NCBI GenBank assembly: GCA_963796105.1
Contig: CAWCKJ010000004.1
Location: 480,001 to 544,000 of the forward strand
Reading direction: 5' to 3'
DNA length: 64,000 nt
Origin: a candidate division FCPU426 bacterium
Lineage (GTDB): Bacteria; Oederibacteriota; Muellerivitia; Muellerivitales; Muellerivitaceae
The notes under the pieces were generated by a model that worked only from the letters and a program-made list of their open reading frames with translations, made no database searches and had not been told where the DNA came from. Positions 17,047 through 27,099 of this stretch are shown piece by piece (within the stretch, counting starts at the first letter, position 1; every line of letters begins with the position of its first letter). The position numbers and the translations under genes were made by a program.

Positions 17047-17880
17047 TTAATCTACGAATACGATATCACCGATAGGCGGCACTAGCTGTTTCTCGGCGCC
17101 CTCGCCCAGGAACAGCCGGATGGCCTTTTTTCCTTCCTCTCCCATATCCACCGTTCTCTCGTTGACCCACATACCGACGAAACGGTCGGCCACGTCCTTG
17201 GAAAGCCCCCGACCGAAGGCCAGGGCGTAATCCAGCGCCTCATTCCGGTGCGCCAAGGAATACTCGATGGATTTTTTCAGGTGTTTCGAGACCTTCTTTT
17301 TCAAATCATCCCCCAGGTCCTTTCGGATGGCGTTCAAACCCATCGGCAAAGGCAGGGCGGTCTTTTGGTACCACCATTCCCCCAGTTCCAGCACCATTTG
17401 AAGTCCCTTTTCCTTGTATGTCAGCTGGCCCTCATGAATGAGCAAACCAGCGTCCACCTTTCCCTCAGAAACCAGGTCCATGATGCGCTCAAAATCCACT
17501 ACGACTTCCTTGAACTCGGGCAAGCGGAGCCTTAAGGCCAGGTAGGCGCTGGTCAGCTTTCCTGGCACCGCGATGGTTTTACCCCTCAAATGCTCAATGG
17601 TCAGAGCCGTTTTAGCCACCACCATAGGACCGTAGTTCTTGCCGATGCTTCCCCCGTGAGTGAGGATGTCGTACTTGTCCTTTACGTAGGCGTAGGCGTG
17701 CGCCGAAAGGGCCGTGACTTCCATTCGGCCTTCCCTGGCCCAATCGTTGAGAGTCTGGATATCCTTGAGCACATGTTCGTATTCAACATCCTCGGTGTCG
17801 ATTTTTCCCTTGGCCAGCCCGTAAAACATGAAGGCGTCATCCGAGTCCGGGCTGTGCGCCAGTTTAATTTTAATATTCAT
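17047..17880 (-). CDS. mqnD: MqnD-family menaquinone biosynthesis protein (futalosine pathway)
   Basis: HSPDSDDAFMFY, DIQTLN, LLIHEGQLTY and LPLPMG motifs. Confidence 0.88.
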   Translation of the reverse strand: MNIKIKLAHSPDSDDAFMFYGLAKGKIDTEDVEYEHVLKDIQTLNDWAREGRMEVTALSAHAYAYVKDKYDILTHGGSIGKNYGPMVVAKTALTIEHLRGKTIAVPGKLTSAYLALRLRLPEFKEVVVDFERIMDLVSEGKVDAGLLIHEGQLTYKEKGLQMVLELGEWWYQKTALPLPMGLNAIRKDLGDDLKKKVSKHLKKSIEYSLAHRNEALDYALAFGRGLSKDVADRFVGMWVNERTVDMGEEGKKAIRLFLGEGAEKQLVPPIGDIVFVD

Positions 17881-18066
17881 TGTATAACCCCATTTGTAAT
17901 CTAATTTCCCGTTAATGATTAAAAATCAACAAAACCAAAGGTCCGCCGCAAAACCATCGCGCCGCGCCGATGTATTGTTAACGAGTGAATCTTGAGATTT
18001 TTTCCTTCCTGTGGCTCTGTGGTCCTCGAAGAGGACTTGTGGTTAACCTTGGTTTTAGTTGATGAT

Positions 18067-18789
18067 TTAAATATGATTCAAAATCGCGTCCAGCACCTTT
18101 TCCTTCTCCAGAAAATTCGAAAAAACAAAATCGGGTTTCTCGGCCTTCAATTGCTCCGCCGTGAAGGGCCCTGTGGCAACCGCCAAAGTACGGACCCCAA
18201 GGTGGCGCCCGCAATGAATGTCGTTGGGCGTGTCCCCGATGATGACGATTTCTTTCTCCGAAAACTTATGGCCGTACTTTTTCTCAGCCGCGTCCAAAGC
18301 CCGCTGGGGCAGTTCCGAGCGCTGGAGGGCGTTATCCCCGAAGGCCCCGAAGGAAAAATAGCCGTTCAAGCCCTGGGCCTCCAGCTTGATGCGCGCTCCT
18401 TCCTCAAAATTGCCCGTGAGAAGCCCCAATATTACCTCGCTTCTCTTGTGGAGTTCCGTCAAAAGTTCCCTCACCCCCGGCTTGAGGGTCACCATGCCAG
18501 GATCGCCTTCCACGATTCCCCTCAGGAAACCCAGGTACTTGTCCCTAATCGCGGGTGTCAAGGCTTCAATGCGTTGGGGTTCGACGGAATTCTGGCTCAG
18601 GATCTCAAAGATGATCTGGGTGTCGGTTTTTCCGCCGGGACGGTATTTGGAGGTATCAATGACGCGGGGATCACCGGCTTCCGCGAATGCCCGCTCCATC
18701 GCGTCCTTGAAGGGGTCTTCCCAGGCCTTGCGCGAGGTGGTAAGAAGGGTACCGTCGATGTCGAACAGGACAAGCCTGGTGGGTTTCAT
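18067..18789 (-). CDS. HAD-superfamily phosphatase
   Basis: LFDIDGTL, LLTGN and IIGDTPNDI motifs. Confidence 0.92.
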   Translation of the reverse strand: MKPTRLVLFDIDGTLLTTSRKAWEDPFKDAMERAFAEAGDPRVIDTSKYRPGGKTDTQIIFEILSQNSVEPQRIEALTPAIRDKYLGFLRGIVEGDPGMVTLKPGVRELLTELHKRSEVILGLLTGNFEEGARIKLEAQGLNGYFSFGAFGDNALQRSELPQRALDAAEKKYGHKFSEKEIVIIGDTPNDIHCGRHLGVRTLAVATGPFTAEQLKAEKPDFVFSNFLEKEKVLDAILNHI

Positions 18790-18905
18790 GAAGGCGTAAA
18801 TCCGAGATGGCCGATTTGTTTACTGCGGCTCGTGTTTTGAAAAACAATCATTTTCATATTGTGAAAATCACGATCATTCAAAATTAAAAATTTAAAATTC
18901 ATAAT

Positions 18906-19409
18906 TTATTTTTCGATGGTCCCGTCTGAGAAGACGATCATGGTGGGATACCAAATCTGGCGCATTTCCTCCAATTTGAGTTTCTCGAAAGTCGCGAGGC
19001 CTTTCTTGGTGAAGCGTTCGATGCCGGCTTTCCAGTCCACCCCGGCTGTCTGACCCGGCGGAACCGCGGTAGTGGATTCCAATGTCCAATCGCAGATGTA
19101 CTCCCCGAACAAAGTGGTGAACCGCAAGACGCCGCGCACGCCGTGGATTTCCTTTCCTGTCATATTCTTGAGGGCGCATTTCAGGACGATTTTCTTCCGG
19201 TTCTGGTCGAATATTCCGCCGACCGACCCGATCAGGTCATCTCCCTTGTCATAAGCCCAAATCTTCAACAGCTTCGCCAGCTTGGCCGACGGTTGGGGAG
19301 AGGAGGACGCGCCGAAAGAGGGGCTATTCATATTCATGGCGGTAATAAAGGAGGACAGAATGAGGACAAGAGAAAGAGTTTTTTTCCAACCCAATTCACA
19401 CAGTTTCAT
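18906..19409 (-). CDS. Exported hypothetical protein
   Basis: GGAGG RBS before ATG at 19409; signal-like hydrophobic N-terminus; ends IVFSDGTIEK. Confidence 0.65.
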   Translation of the reverse strand: MKLCELGWKKTLSLVLILSSFITAMNMNSPSFGASSSPQPSAKLAKLLKIWAYDKGDDLIGSVGGIFDQNRKKIVLKCALKNMTGKEIHGVRGVLRFTTLFGEYICDWTLESTTAVPPGQTAGVDWKAGIERFTKKGLATFEKLKLEEMRQIWYPTMIVFSDGTIEK

Positions 19410-19539
19410 ATTGGATAACCTCCCTTTTAAAGAATAAAAACTATTTACAAAATTCATGGTTCACCACATTCCAGCCCTCAAAAAAGCTTTTATTGAGGCT
19501 GGTATAGTAACGATCTCAATATTTCTTTATGGAAGATCG

Positions 19540-19610
19540 GCACGGAGACTCAGCTAAGAAAAACCATTAAAATTCTTTCTTTTTAGCTGAGCCTCTGTGT
19601 CCCTGTGGTG
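19540..19610. repeat. Imperfect hairpin downstream of thyX (REP-like, possibly a terminator)
   Basis: GCACGGAGACTCAGCTAA pairs with TTAGCTGAGCCTCTGTGT; the right arm reads CACCACAGGGACACAGAG on the minus strand. Confidence 0.6.
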
Positions 19611-19630
19611 AAATTGGTTTTTTTGTATCT

Positions 19631-21238
19631 TTAAATCACCCTTTGGTATTCCTTCAAATCCTTCTTCCAAACCGGCACCCCGCAGAAGCGGTCCCCTTCC
19701 GGGCAGGTGGGTTTGGTCCCGGCCCTGCTCCTGAGCCCGCAGGGGGGAAGAAGCCACTTACCGATACGGGGGTGCACTTCCCTCACCTGAAGGGCTTCAT
19801 CCACGGAAGCCTTCCAGATTTCCTCCTGAGCGTTGTAGCAAAGCCTCATGGCGTGCTTGTGGTGCAGGTTCAGCAGGTCGGAGGACTCGGAAAATCTCAA
19901 TGCCACTGCGTTGGGCAGGAGATAGGATGCGAACTCCTCGGAAACCCCAAGACGGCGCAGTTTCCCGATGGAATCCCATATTCTTTCCATGATTTGCCCG
20001 TATTCCTTGCCCAGAGAGGGTTCCTCCCTTAATAAAACCGGGAGGATATAGTCGGGTTCCTCCAGGGAAAGGGCGTGAAGAATCGGCCTGGAAGCGGGCG
20101 TCATGCGGTGTCTCTGGTCCTGGGAATCGGCTGTGTGGGATATCTTCTTGCGGAAAGTGTAATGGGGATGGAACAACGCCCGCGAGAGTTTGCTGTGGGT
20201 GGTGACATTCAGGGTTTCCCCCAGGTATTTGTTCTTGGCGGGGTCCAGGGCCAGGAGGATGGCCTCGTCATCGGAAAGCTCCGAAGCCGCCAAGCCGAAA
20301 AGTTCCCGTACGGAAGAGGCCAGGATTTTTTCCCCTTCCTTGGAGTAATCCGCCAGTTTAGAGGTGTAACTACCTAGGGATTTGTCGAATTCCGCACGGA
20401 AAGCCTTGTGGCTTCCTTCCGCCCTTTGGAATTCCCCGTACATCTGGGCCTCGGGAGTGGTCTCGAAATCCAGGGGTTCCTCCAGGATGGTCTTGTACTC
20501 GGGCGCGTGGTTCAGGACCGCCTCCACCATCTTCCCGACCACGATCCTTTGTTCCAGCGCCGCGTCGAATGTCTGGCAAAGCCTCCAGTAGCGCATAAGA
20601 GTGAGGGCGGAAACGGTGTGGTAAAGGTAGGCGAAAGTAGCCACCGGCAGGACGTACCGCGCCACTTCCTGGGATTTCTTCTGCATGTCAACCAGGGCCT
20701 GCTTGCCCCTCAGTTCCGCGTGCTTGAACCGGGCCTGGTATTCCCGCTCGACCAGCGGCTTGAGTTTTTCAGTCAAGGACTGATAGCCCTGAGTTTGGAA
20801 GGAAACCGTCTCACGGTAGAGGGAGGCGGCCTCGCCGGTCAGGGGAGGCATGGCGATCTGGGAAGGGTCCACCGTCACGTAGCGTTGGGAGACCTGTTCG
20901 GAATTATAGAAAGGATGGCTGTGCAGGAAACTCCAGATGAACTGCCTGGACACGTTTTCCAGCGCGAACTGGAAATGGGCGTGCTGAAGGGTCGTGTGGT
21001 GCCCTGCCTTGTAAATAGATTGGGCCAGGTCATCGCGATTATGGCGGCGCTCCTCGAGTTTTTCCCCCTCCAAGCCTTCCCCTGCCACCTGTTCGGCCGA
21101 GATGATACCTTTGCTGGAATAACAGGTCCTCGCCGTCGCCACGGCGTTGTCGAAGGGTTTGGCGAAAGCGTTGACCAGGGTCACCTTGGGTTCCAGGGAC
21201 AAAAAAGAGGGAGAAAGAGGTTCTGTTATTTCAGGCAC
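19631..21238 (-). CDS. thyX: FAD-dependent thymidylate synthase with two tandem Thy1 domains
   Basis: Domain 1: ARTCYS, GHHTTLQH, SQRYV, ARYVLP. Domain 2: QRHR, YLLPNA, RLCYNAQEEI and a C-terminal Cys cluster. Confidence 0.88.
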   Translation of the reverse strand: MPEITEPLSPSFLSLEPKVTLVNAFAKPFDNAVATARTCYSSKGIISAEQVAGEGLEGEKLEERRHNRDDLAQSIYKAGHHTTLQHAHFQFALENVSRQFIWSFLHSHPFYNSEQVSQRYVTVDPSQIAMPPLTGEAASLYRETVSFQTQGYQSLTEKLKPLVEREYQARFKHAELRGKQALVDMQKKSQEVARYVLPVATFAYLYHTVSALTLMRYWRLCQTFDAALEQRIVVGKMVEAVLNHAPEYKTILEEPLDFETTPEAQMYGEFQRAEGSHKAFRAEFDKSLGSYTSKLADYSKEGEKILASSVRELFGLAASELSDDEAILLALDPAKNKYLGETLNVTTHSKLSRALFHPHYTFRKKISHTADSQDQRHRMTPASRPILHALSLEEPDYILPVLLREEPSLGKEYGQIMERIWDSIGKLRRLGVSEEFASYLLPNAVALRFSESSDLLNLHHKHAMRLCYNAQEEIWKASVDEALQVREVHPRIGKWLLPPCGLRSRAGTKPTCPEGDRFCGVPVWKKDLKEYQRVI

Positions 21239-21469
21239 TGGATATTCCTTACTGGTGTCCGTGTTGAACGATTGGGATGTGTTGATTTTAACTTAAAGTA
21301 CATCGATGAGCGCTTCTTTTTCAAGTTTACAACCAAAGAAGAATCATTTGATACCAGCGTTTCCGAGGCAGGCAGCCGTTTATTTCTCCGGTAACCCATT
21401 TCCTTAATCGCCCCACCCCCTTGCTTCCCCTCAAGTTCGAATCGTAATATTAAATATGTCGGCTATACT

Positions 21470-21641
21470 TTCACGACACGTAAAGAAATTTTTTACCGCA
21501 GATAACAACCGACATGCTCCGCACGTGCCGATAACGGCTTATAGTTCAAGACTTTCACAAACTTATCGGCGTCCATCGGGTTTGATCGGCGGTTCCATGT
21601 CTTTTTCTTTTATTTGTTGTAAAGGGATACTTACCTTAAAT
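21470..21641 (+). repeat. Palindromic element, family 2, copy A
   Basis: Near-identical direct copy at 27100-27271; nested stems ACCGC/GCGGT, CCGA/TCGG and GCCGATAA/TTATCGGC. Confidence 0.9.
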
Positions 21642-21669
21642 ATTCACGACGAATCATAAAGGAACCCCC

Positions 21670-23103
21670 ATGCCGAATAAACCATCCACCTTGGGCGAAC
21701 TCAAGGAATCCCAATATCCTGATTTCTCGGTCAAGGAAGAGCTGGAAAGAAACCTCATTAAAAAACTGAGGACGGGGGAACCTCTCTTCCCCATGATCCA
21801 CGGCTTTGACGATACGGTCATCCCCCAGATGGTAAACGCCCTGCTTTCCCACCATGACATCGTGTTCCTAGGAGAAAAGGGCCAGGCCAAAAGCCGACTT
21901 ATGCGCACCCTGGTGCAGTTCCTGGACGAGGAAATCCCCATCGTGAAGGGATGCGAGATCCACGACCATCCTTACCATCCCATCTGCAGTGCCTGCCGAA
22001 AGAAACTGGCGGAGCATGGGAAAAACCTCGAAATTGAATGGATCGGCCGGGATGCCCGTTACAGCGAGCGCCTCTCCCCTGGAACCAAGATCGCCGACTT
22101 GATCGGGGACCTGGACCCGGCCAAGGTGGCCGCGGGCAATCCCCTGGCCAGCGAGGAAGCCATCCACTTCGGCCTCATCCCCCGCATGAACCGCGGACTT
22201 TTCGCCGTGAACGAGCTTCCCGACCTGGAATACTTGGTCCAGGTGGCCCTCTTCAATATATTGGAGGAGCGCGACATCCAGGTTCGCGGTTATCCCCTTC
22301 GGTTCAACCTGGATATCATTCTCATGTTCACCGCCAACCCTGAGGAATACACCCGCGCCGGAAAGATCATCACCCAGCTCAAGGACCGCATCGGGGCCGA
22401 AATCAGGACCCACTATCCCATGACGAGGGAAATGGGATTGAAGATCGTCCGGCAGGAAGCCCGGGTTCCCACCGATGACGATGTCAAGCTGACCATCCCT
22501 GACTTCATGGCCGAGATCATCGAGCAGATCACCCTGGAAGCCCGTCGAAGCCCCTATGTCAACCAGAAATCCGGCGTCTCGGCCAGGCTCTCCATCGCCA
22601 ATTACGAGACCATGATCGCCAACGCCAGGCGCAGGGCCTATGTCCTGGGGGAGAAGGAAGCTGTCCCCCGCATGTCCGACCTGAATTACCTCTATACCTC
22701 CTCTTCCGGCAAGATCGAGCTGGACCCCTTCCGGGAGGAAACCGTCACGGAATTCCAGGTTTTCGGCAAGATCATGGACAAGGCCGTGGCCCAGGTTTTC
22801 AAGGAGCATATGGACCGGGGCCATTTGGAAATCGGCGCCCCCGACATGTCCGGGGATAAGCACATCCGAATCTCGGAATTGACCCCATCGAAGGAGTACA
22901 AGAACATCATTTCGCAATTGCCCCAGGTCTGGGAGCCGGTGCATCACTTGAACGGGAAGAATTCAGAGGTTTACCAGGCTTCCTGCGTGGAATTCGTGCT
23001 GGAGGGCTTTCACCTTACTGGAAAGCTTTCCCGGACCAAGGTGGGTGATTTCTTTGACTACCAGCCGCCGGCTCCGCCCAAGCGGAAAAAAGCGGAAGAG
23101 TAA
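21670..23103 (+). CDS. AAA+ ATPase, Mg-chelatase ChlI/MoxR-like
   Basis: GEKGQAKS Walker A, FAVNELPDL Walker B, TANPEEYT sensor and LKDRIG arginine finger; partner VWA gene follows. Confidence 0.9.
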   Translation: MPNKPSTLGELKESQYPDFSVKEELERNLIKKLRTGEPLFPMIHGFDDTVIPQMVNALLSHHDIVFLGEKGQAKSRLMRTLVQFLDEEIPIVKGCEIHDHPYHPICSACRKKLAEHGKNLEIEWIGRDARYSERLSPGTKIADLIGDLDPAKVAAGNPLASEEAIHFGLIPRMNRGLFAVNELPDLEYLVQVALFNILEERDIQVRGYPLRFNLDIILMFTANPEEYTRAGKIITQLKDRIGAEIRTHYPMTREMGLKIVRQEARVPTDDDVKLTIPDFMAEIIEQITLEARRSPYVNQKSGVSARLSIANYETMIANARRRAYVLGEKEAVPRMSDLNYLYTSSSGKIELDPFREETVTEFQVFGKIMDKAVAQVFKEHMDRGHLEIGAPDMSGDKHIRISELTPSKEYKNIISQLPQVWEPVHHLNGKNSEVYQASCVEFVLEGFHLTGKLSRTKVGDFFDYQPPAPPKRKKAEE

Positions 23104-23130
23104 GGATTACTAATAAAATTCGAGGAACCT

Positions 23131-23408
23131 AGATAAATAAAGTCAGAGTCTTTTTAGTCAAAAATACGTTAATCAAAACCAAGTCCTTTGCCACGGATTC
23201 AGGGGATGCAGGGGATGGGCAAGAAATTGGATTTTGCATGAAAAGTTTATCGATCGTGTTCTATGGCTCAGCCGACGGCCAATGGAAAAATTAATTTTTC
23301 CACGATCCGCAGGCAGGGCCATAACGCCCAGTGGGCGCAAAGGCAAAGCCTTTGTCACGATCTAGACTTGTTGAATCCCATGAATCCCATGCATCTGTGG
23401 CTAGAGAT
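23131..23408. repeat. Palindromic MITE/REP-like element, family 1, copy B
   Basis: Reverse complement of 16737-17014; sits between the AAA+ and VWA genes. Confidence 0.9.
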
Positions 23409-23439
23409 TTTTTAAACAGGTGCGTTGAGAAGGTGTTCC

Positions 23440-25188
23440 ATGATTACCCATGATTATTCCGAATGGCATGAGCCGGAGAAGCCCCCCTTCACGATCGAGG
23501 ATCTCGTCAACGCCGTGAAGGAAATCATGATGCAGTACCACGTCACTTTCGACGAGGCCCTGCGCCACCTGCAGGAAAGGGGCATTCCCTACAACCAGTT
23601 CCTCAAACTCAGCGGCCTGGAGGACCTGATCCAGGGCCACTTGGACGAGTTGGAGCGGCAAAAAAAGGAAATCCTGGAGAACCACCGCTTGGACGACCTC
23701 TTGACCCGCCTGGAGGAGTCCCTCCGCAGAAGGAAAAACGACTTGGAACGCCAGCTCTCAAAGCTCCAGGACCCGAAGCTGTCCGAAAAAATGCGGGAAG
23801 CCTTGGAAAAGCGCAATCCTTCCACACTGTACAGCATGGACTGGCTCCTGTCCCGTTTAGGGGACGCGAACTCGGAAGAGGCGAGAAAAGCCCTCCAGGA
23901 GTTGATCCTTCAGGTCCAGCAGATGCAATCCTTGACCGAGCTATACGAGAACTACACATTCACGGGCCAAAAAAGCCTTTCGATAAAAGAAGCGGAACGT
24001 CTCAAGGAACGCCTCGCCATGCTGGAGGAGTTGGAGGGCCAGTTGAGGGACGCCCTGGAGAACGGGGACCTGTTCAATATGGAAGTGGAATCCCTGAGGG
24101 AAATCCTTGGCGAGGAGGCGGCTCAGGCATTCGAGGCGAAGAGAGAAGAAATCAAGAAACAATTCAATGAGGCCATGAAGGCGACGGGGGATGTTGATTA
24201 CGACGAGGAATCCGACATCTACAAAATCACCCCCGGGGCCGCGAGAAAGATCGGGGAGAAAGCCCTCAAGGAAGTCTTTTCCCGTCTCTTTACAGACGGC
24301 ATTGGCCGGCACCATGCCGCCTTCACCGGCGACGGCAACGTGGAAATGACGGTCACCAAGCCCTACGAGTTCGGCGATTCCCTCACCAACCTGGACCTGC
24401 CGGGAAGCCTATTAAACTCCGCCATCCGCCAGGCGGGAAACCCGGAGGGGCTGGAGGGCGGCCGTATCCGTATCGACACGCGGGATTTCATGGTGCACCA
24501 AACCAAGGGCGCGGCTTCCTCGGCCATCGTCATGCTCATCGACCAGAGCGGTTCCATGTCCCGCTTCGGGCGTTTCTACAACTCCAAGAAGCTGGCCCTC
24601 GCCTTGGACGCCTTGATCCGCACCGAGTATCCCGAGGACAAGCTGTACTTCGTAGGCTTTTCCACCTTCGCCAAGCAGATTTCGGTGGGTTCCATCCCAG
24701 AGTTGGCACCCAAACCCGTCACCATGATGGGCGGAGCCCTCAACCTGCGGTTCGATTTCTCGCGCGAAGGCATGGACCGCACGCGCGAGTTCATCCCAGA
24801 GCATTTCACCAACCTGCAGAAGGGGCTCGATCTGGCCCGGGTGCTGTTAGCCAACCTGGACACCAAGAACAAGAGCGTTCTCTTGATCACTGACGGGGCT
24901 CCGACCGCCTTTTACGAGGGTCCCTACCTTTACCTGACCTATCCCCCGAACGAGCGAACCTATGAAAGGACCCTCCGGGAGGTGAAAATGGTCACCGACG
25001 AGGGCATCACCATCAACACCTTCATGATGGGCAACGAGATCGACGGCGGTTATTTCGGCGAGGGGGACTTTTTGGATGACATGCATAAGATCAACCAGGG
25101 CCGTCTGATCTTCCCCGCCCCCGACAAGCTCACGCAGTACGTCCTGAAGGACTACCTGGACCACAAGAAAAAGATTATTCAGATTTAA
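23440..25188 (+). CDS. VWA-domain protein with N-terminal coiled coil
   Basis: MIDAS residues IDQSGSM, TNLQKGL and LITDG; YEFGD motif. Confidence 0.9.
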   Translation: MITHDYSEWHEPEKPPFTIEDLVNAVKEIMMQYHVTFDEALRHLQERGIPYNQFLKLSGLEDLIQGHLDELERQKKEILENHRLDDLLTRLEESLRRRKNDLERQLSKLQDPKLSEKMREALEKRNPSTLYSMDWLLSRLGDANSEEARKALQELILQVQQMQSLTELYENYTFTGQKSLSIKEAERLKERLAMLEELEGQLRDALENGDLFNMEVESLREILGEEAAQAFEAKREEIKKQFNEAMKATGDVDYDEESDIYKITPGAARKIGEKALKEVFSRLFTDGIGRHHAAFTGDGNVEMTVTKPYEFGDSLTNLDLPGSLLNSAIRQAGNPEGLEGGRIRIDTRDFMVHQTKGAASSAIVMLIDQSGSMSRFGRFYNSKKLALALDALIRTEYPEDKLYFVGFSTFAKQISVGSIPELAPKPVTMMGGALNLRFDFSREGMDRTREFIPEHFTNLQKGLDLARVLLANLDTKNKSVLLITDGAPTAFYEGPYLYLTYPPNERTYERTLREVKMVTDEGITINTFMMGNEIDGGYFGEGDFLDDMHKINQGRLIFPAPDKLTQYVLKDYLDHKKKIIQI

Positions 25189-25231
25189 CAAAGGGTTTTG
25201 GTTTAAAATAGCGGCAAGTTGAGGAGATATT

Positions 25232-25420
25232 ATGGCAACCGACAAAGAAGAAGTTCTTCAATTAATCAAAAATCTTCCTTCCGACGCCACTTTCGAGGAT
25301 AACCAATACCACATTTACATTCGTGAGAAAGTGGAAAAAGGGTTAGAGGACATAAGGGCAGGCAGAATTCTGTCCCATATTGAAGTCCAAGAAAAAATGG
25401 CAAAATGGCTCAAGCCATAA
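25232..25420 (+). CDS. Small antitoxin-like protein
   Basis: KEEVLQLIKNLP...EKVEKGLEDIRAGRILSH pattern typical of RelE/ParE-associated antitoxins; GAGGAG RBS. Confidence 0.75.
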   Translation: MATDKEEVLQLIKNLPSDATFEDNQYHIYIREKVEKGLEDIRAGRILSHIEVQEKMAKWLKP

Positions 25421-25545
25421 TTTGGTCCGCTATCGATTTACAAAATTTAGATTTCGTCAAACTTCAGAAAACCTTTAAATTAGGCAAAATTCAGAATCCG
25501 TGGAAATCGGCCAATTCGTCATTGCGAGAATTGCCCCGCGAATAG
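25405..25545 (+). pseudogene. Remnant of a RelE/ParE-family toxin (5' end only)
   Basis: Overlapping ATG gives MAQAIIWS..DLQNL, a ParE-like N-terminus, then unrelated sequence and a stop after 46 codons. Confidence 0.5.
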
Positions 25546-25756
25546 CGGGGCGGTTATGACGAAGCAACCCCAGTTTAAATAACAAATTTTGCCCGCAGCA
25601 AAATCCGCCACCTTAAACCACCATCCTAATTTAAGTTAAAACCAGAAATGTTCTATTTGATATTCCCTTCCCAAACCGTTTAAATGAGTGAGTGCCGCGC
25701 TCAAAATTGATCTTCTGCACGTCCAAAGATGACCACAAACAAGTAAACGGGAACCC

Positions 25757-27034
25757 TTGATACCGGATAAAAACCAAACTCTAACCGCTGACGTCGGCGA
25801 GAATTTGCCCCCGCCCACGGGATGGCGCAAAACATTCGCGGCCCTGCGCAACCCGAACTACCGTTATTTTTTCATGGGGCAAGGGGTATCCCTCATGGGC
25901 ACCTGGGCCCGGTCCTCAGCCTTGGGATGGATGGCCTTCGCGATCACGAAATCGGAATTCAAGCTGGGCATGGTTAATTTTTTGAATTCCCTTCCCTTTT
26001 TCCTTTTCGCCGTCTATTCAGGTTCCCTCGCGGATCGTTTCCCAAAATTGAGGATTTTCACCCTCACCAGTTGTTTCGCCATGACTTGCTCGCTGGTCTT
26101 GGCATTGATGTTATTCCACGGTCCGGTGGGGATTGGTGTTCTATTCTTATTCGCGCCCCTTTGGGGCCTCGCGGTCGCCTTTGAGATGCCAGCCAGGCAA
26201 ACGCTCATGGTGGAACTCGTCGGGAAAAAGGACCTGGTTAACGCCATCGCCTTGAACAGCGCAATGGTTAATTCCTCCCGAATCATCGGCCCGGCTATCG
26301 GCGGTAATCTTTACGGCCTTTTTGGGCCAGCCTGGTGTTTTCTCATGGACGCCGTGAGTTTCTTGGCCGTTCTATTTGGTATTTCCAAGATCAAACTTCC
26401 CAAATCCACTGGATCCCAAACCCACAAGGGTGGTCTCAAGTATATTTCGGAAGGATTCAAGCATTTAAAAACAAACCCTAATATGGCCGAAACCATTTTG
26501 CTTCTTTTCACTATGGGGATTGGAGGATGGGCCTATCAATCCCAAATGCCCGCGTTTGTCTCAAAACAATTGGGAATGGGCGTCAAATACAACGGCTGGC
26601 TTTTGGCCATGAACGGCTTGGGTGCCTGCGCCGCGGCCCTGACCGTGGCCCACTTCGGGCACAAGCTGGTCAAGTTAAGGACTTTGTATATCGGGATCGG
26701 AATTTACAGTACCTTTATCATCCTATTCGGGTTCGTTCACACCCCCATCGCCGCGCCTTTCGTTATTTTCTTCGCCGGCTACGGTATTATTTTGTTTTTT
26801 TCCATCGGCAACAGTTTCATCCAAACCCACTCCCCCGATCACCTGAGGGGCCGGGTGATGGGTATCTGGGCCTTGGTTTTCGGGGGCGGTATGCCTATCG
26901 GCAGCTTTTGGATGGGGTTGGTGGCATCCCATACCGGTTCAGGACGCGCGCTTCAAATCGGTGGTGTTTTCTGCATCTTGGGGGCTTTTTTCGTTCACCA
27001 GAAGTTTCGCAAAACCGTCCCTGCCAAGCCTTGA
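25757..27034 (+). CDS. MFS transporter (H+ antiporter/DUF894-like)
   Basis: Multi-pass membrane protein with GSLADRFPKLR, NAIALNS...RIIGPAIGG and PDHLRGRVMG motifs. Confidence 0.92.
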   Translation: MIPDKNQTLTADVGENLPPPTGWRKTFAALRNPNYRYFFMGQGVSLMGTWARSSALGWMAFAITKSEFKLGMVNFLNSLPFFLFAVYSGSLADRFPKLRIFTLTSCFAMTCSLVLALMLFHGPVGIGVLFLFAPLWGLAVAFEMPARQTLMVELVGKKDLVNAIALNSAMVNSSRIIGPAIGGNLYGLFGPAWCFLMDAVSFLAVLFGISKIKLPKSTGSQTHKGGLKYISEGFKHLKTNPNMAETILLLFTMGIGGWAYQSQMPAFVSKQLGMGVKYNGWLLAMNGLGACAAALTVAHFGHKLVKLRTLYIGIGIYSTFIILFGFVHTPIAAPFVIFFAGYGIILFFSIGNSFIQTHSPDHLRGRVMGIWALVFGGGMPIGSFWMGLVASHTGSGRALQIGGVFCILGAFFVHQKFRKTVPAKP

Positions 27035-27099
27035 ATATCCACAAAGATTGAACCCCTCCCGCACTTGGATGAATTGGTATAAAATCTTGTGATTATAAC

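Noticed and set aside
21226..21399. 57-codon minus-strand ORF upstream of thyX
   Set aside because: No recognisable motif; cannot be distinguished from a chance ORF.
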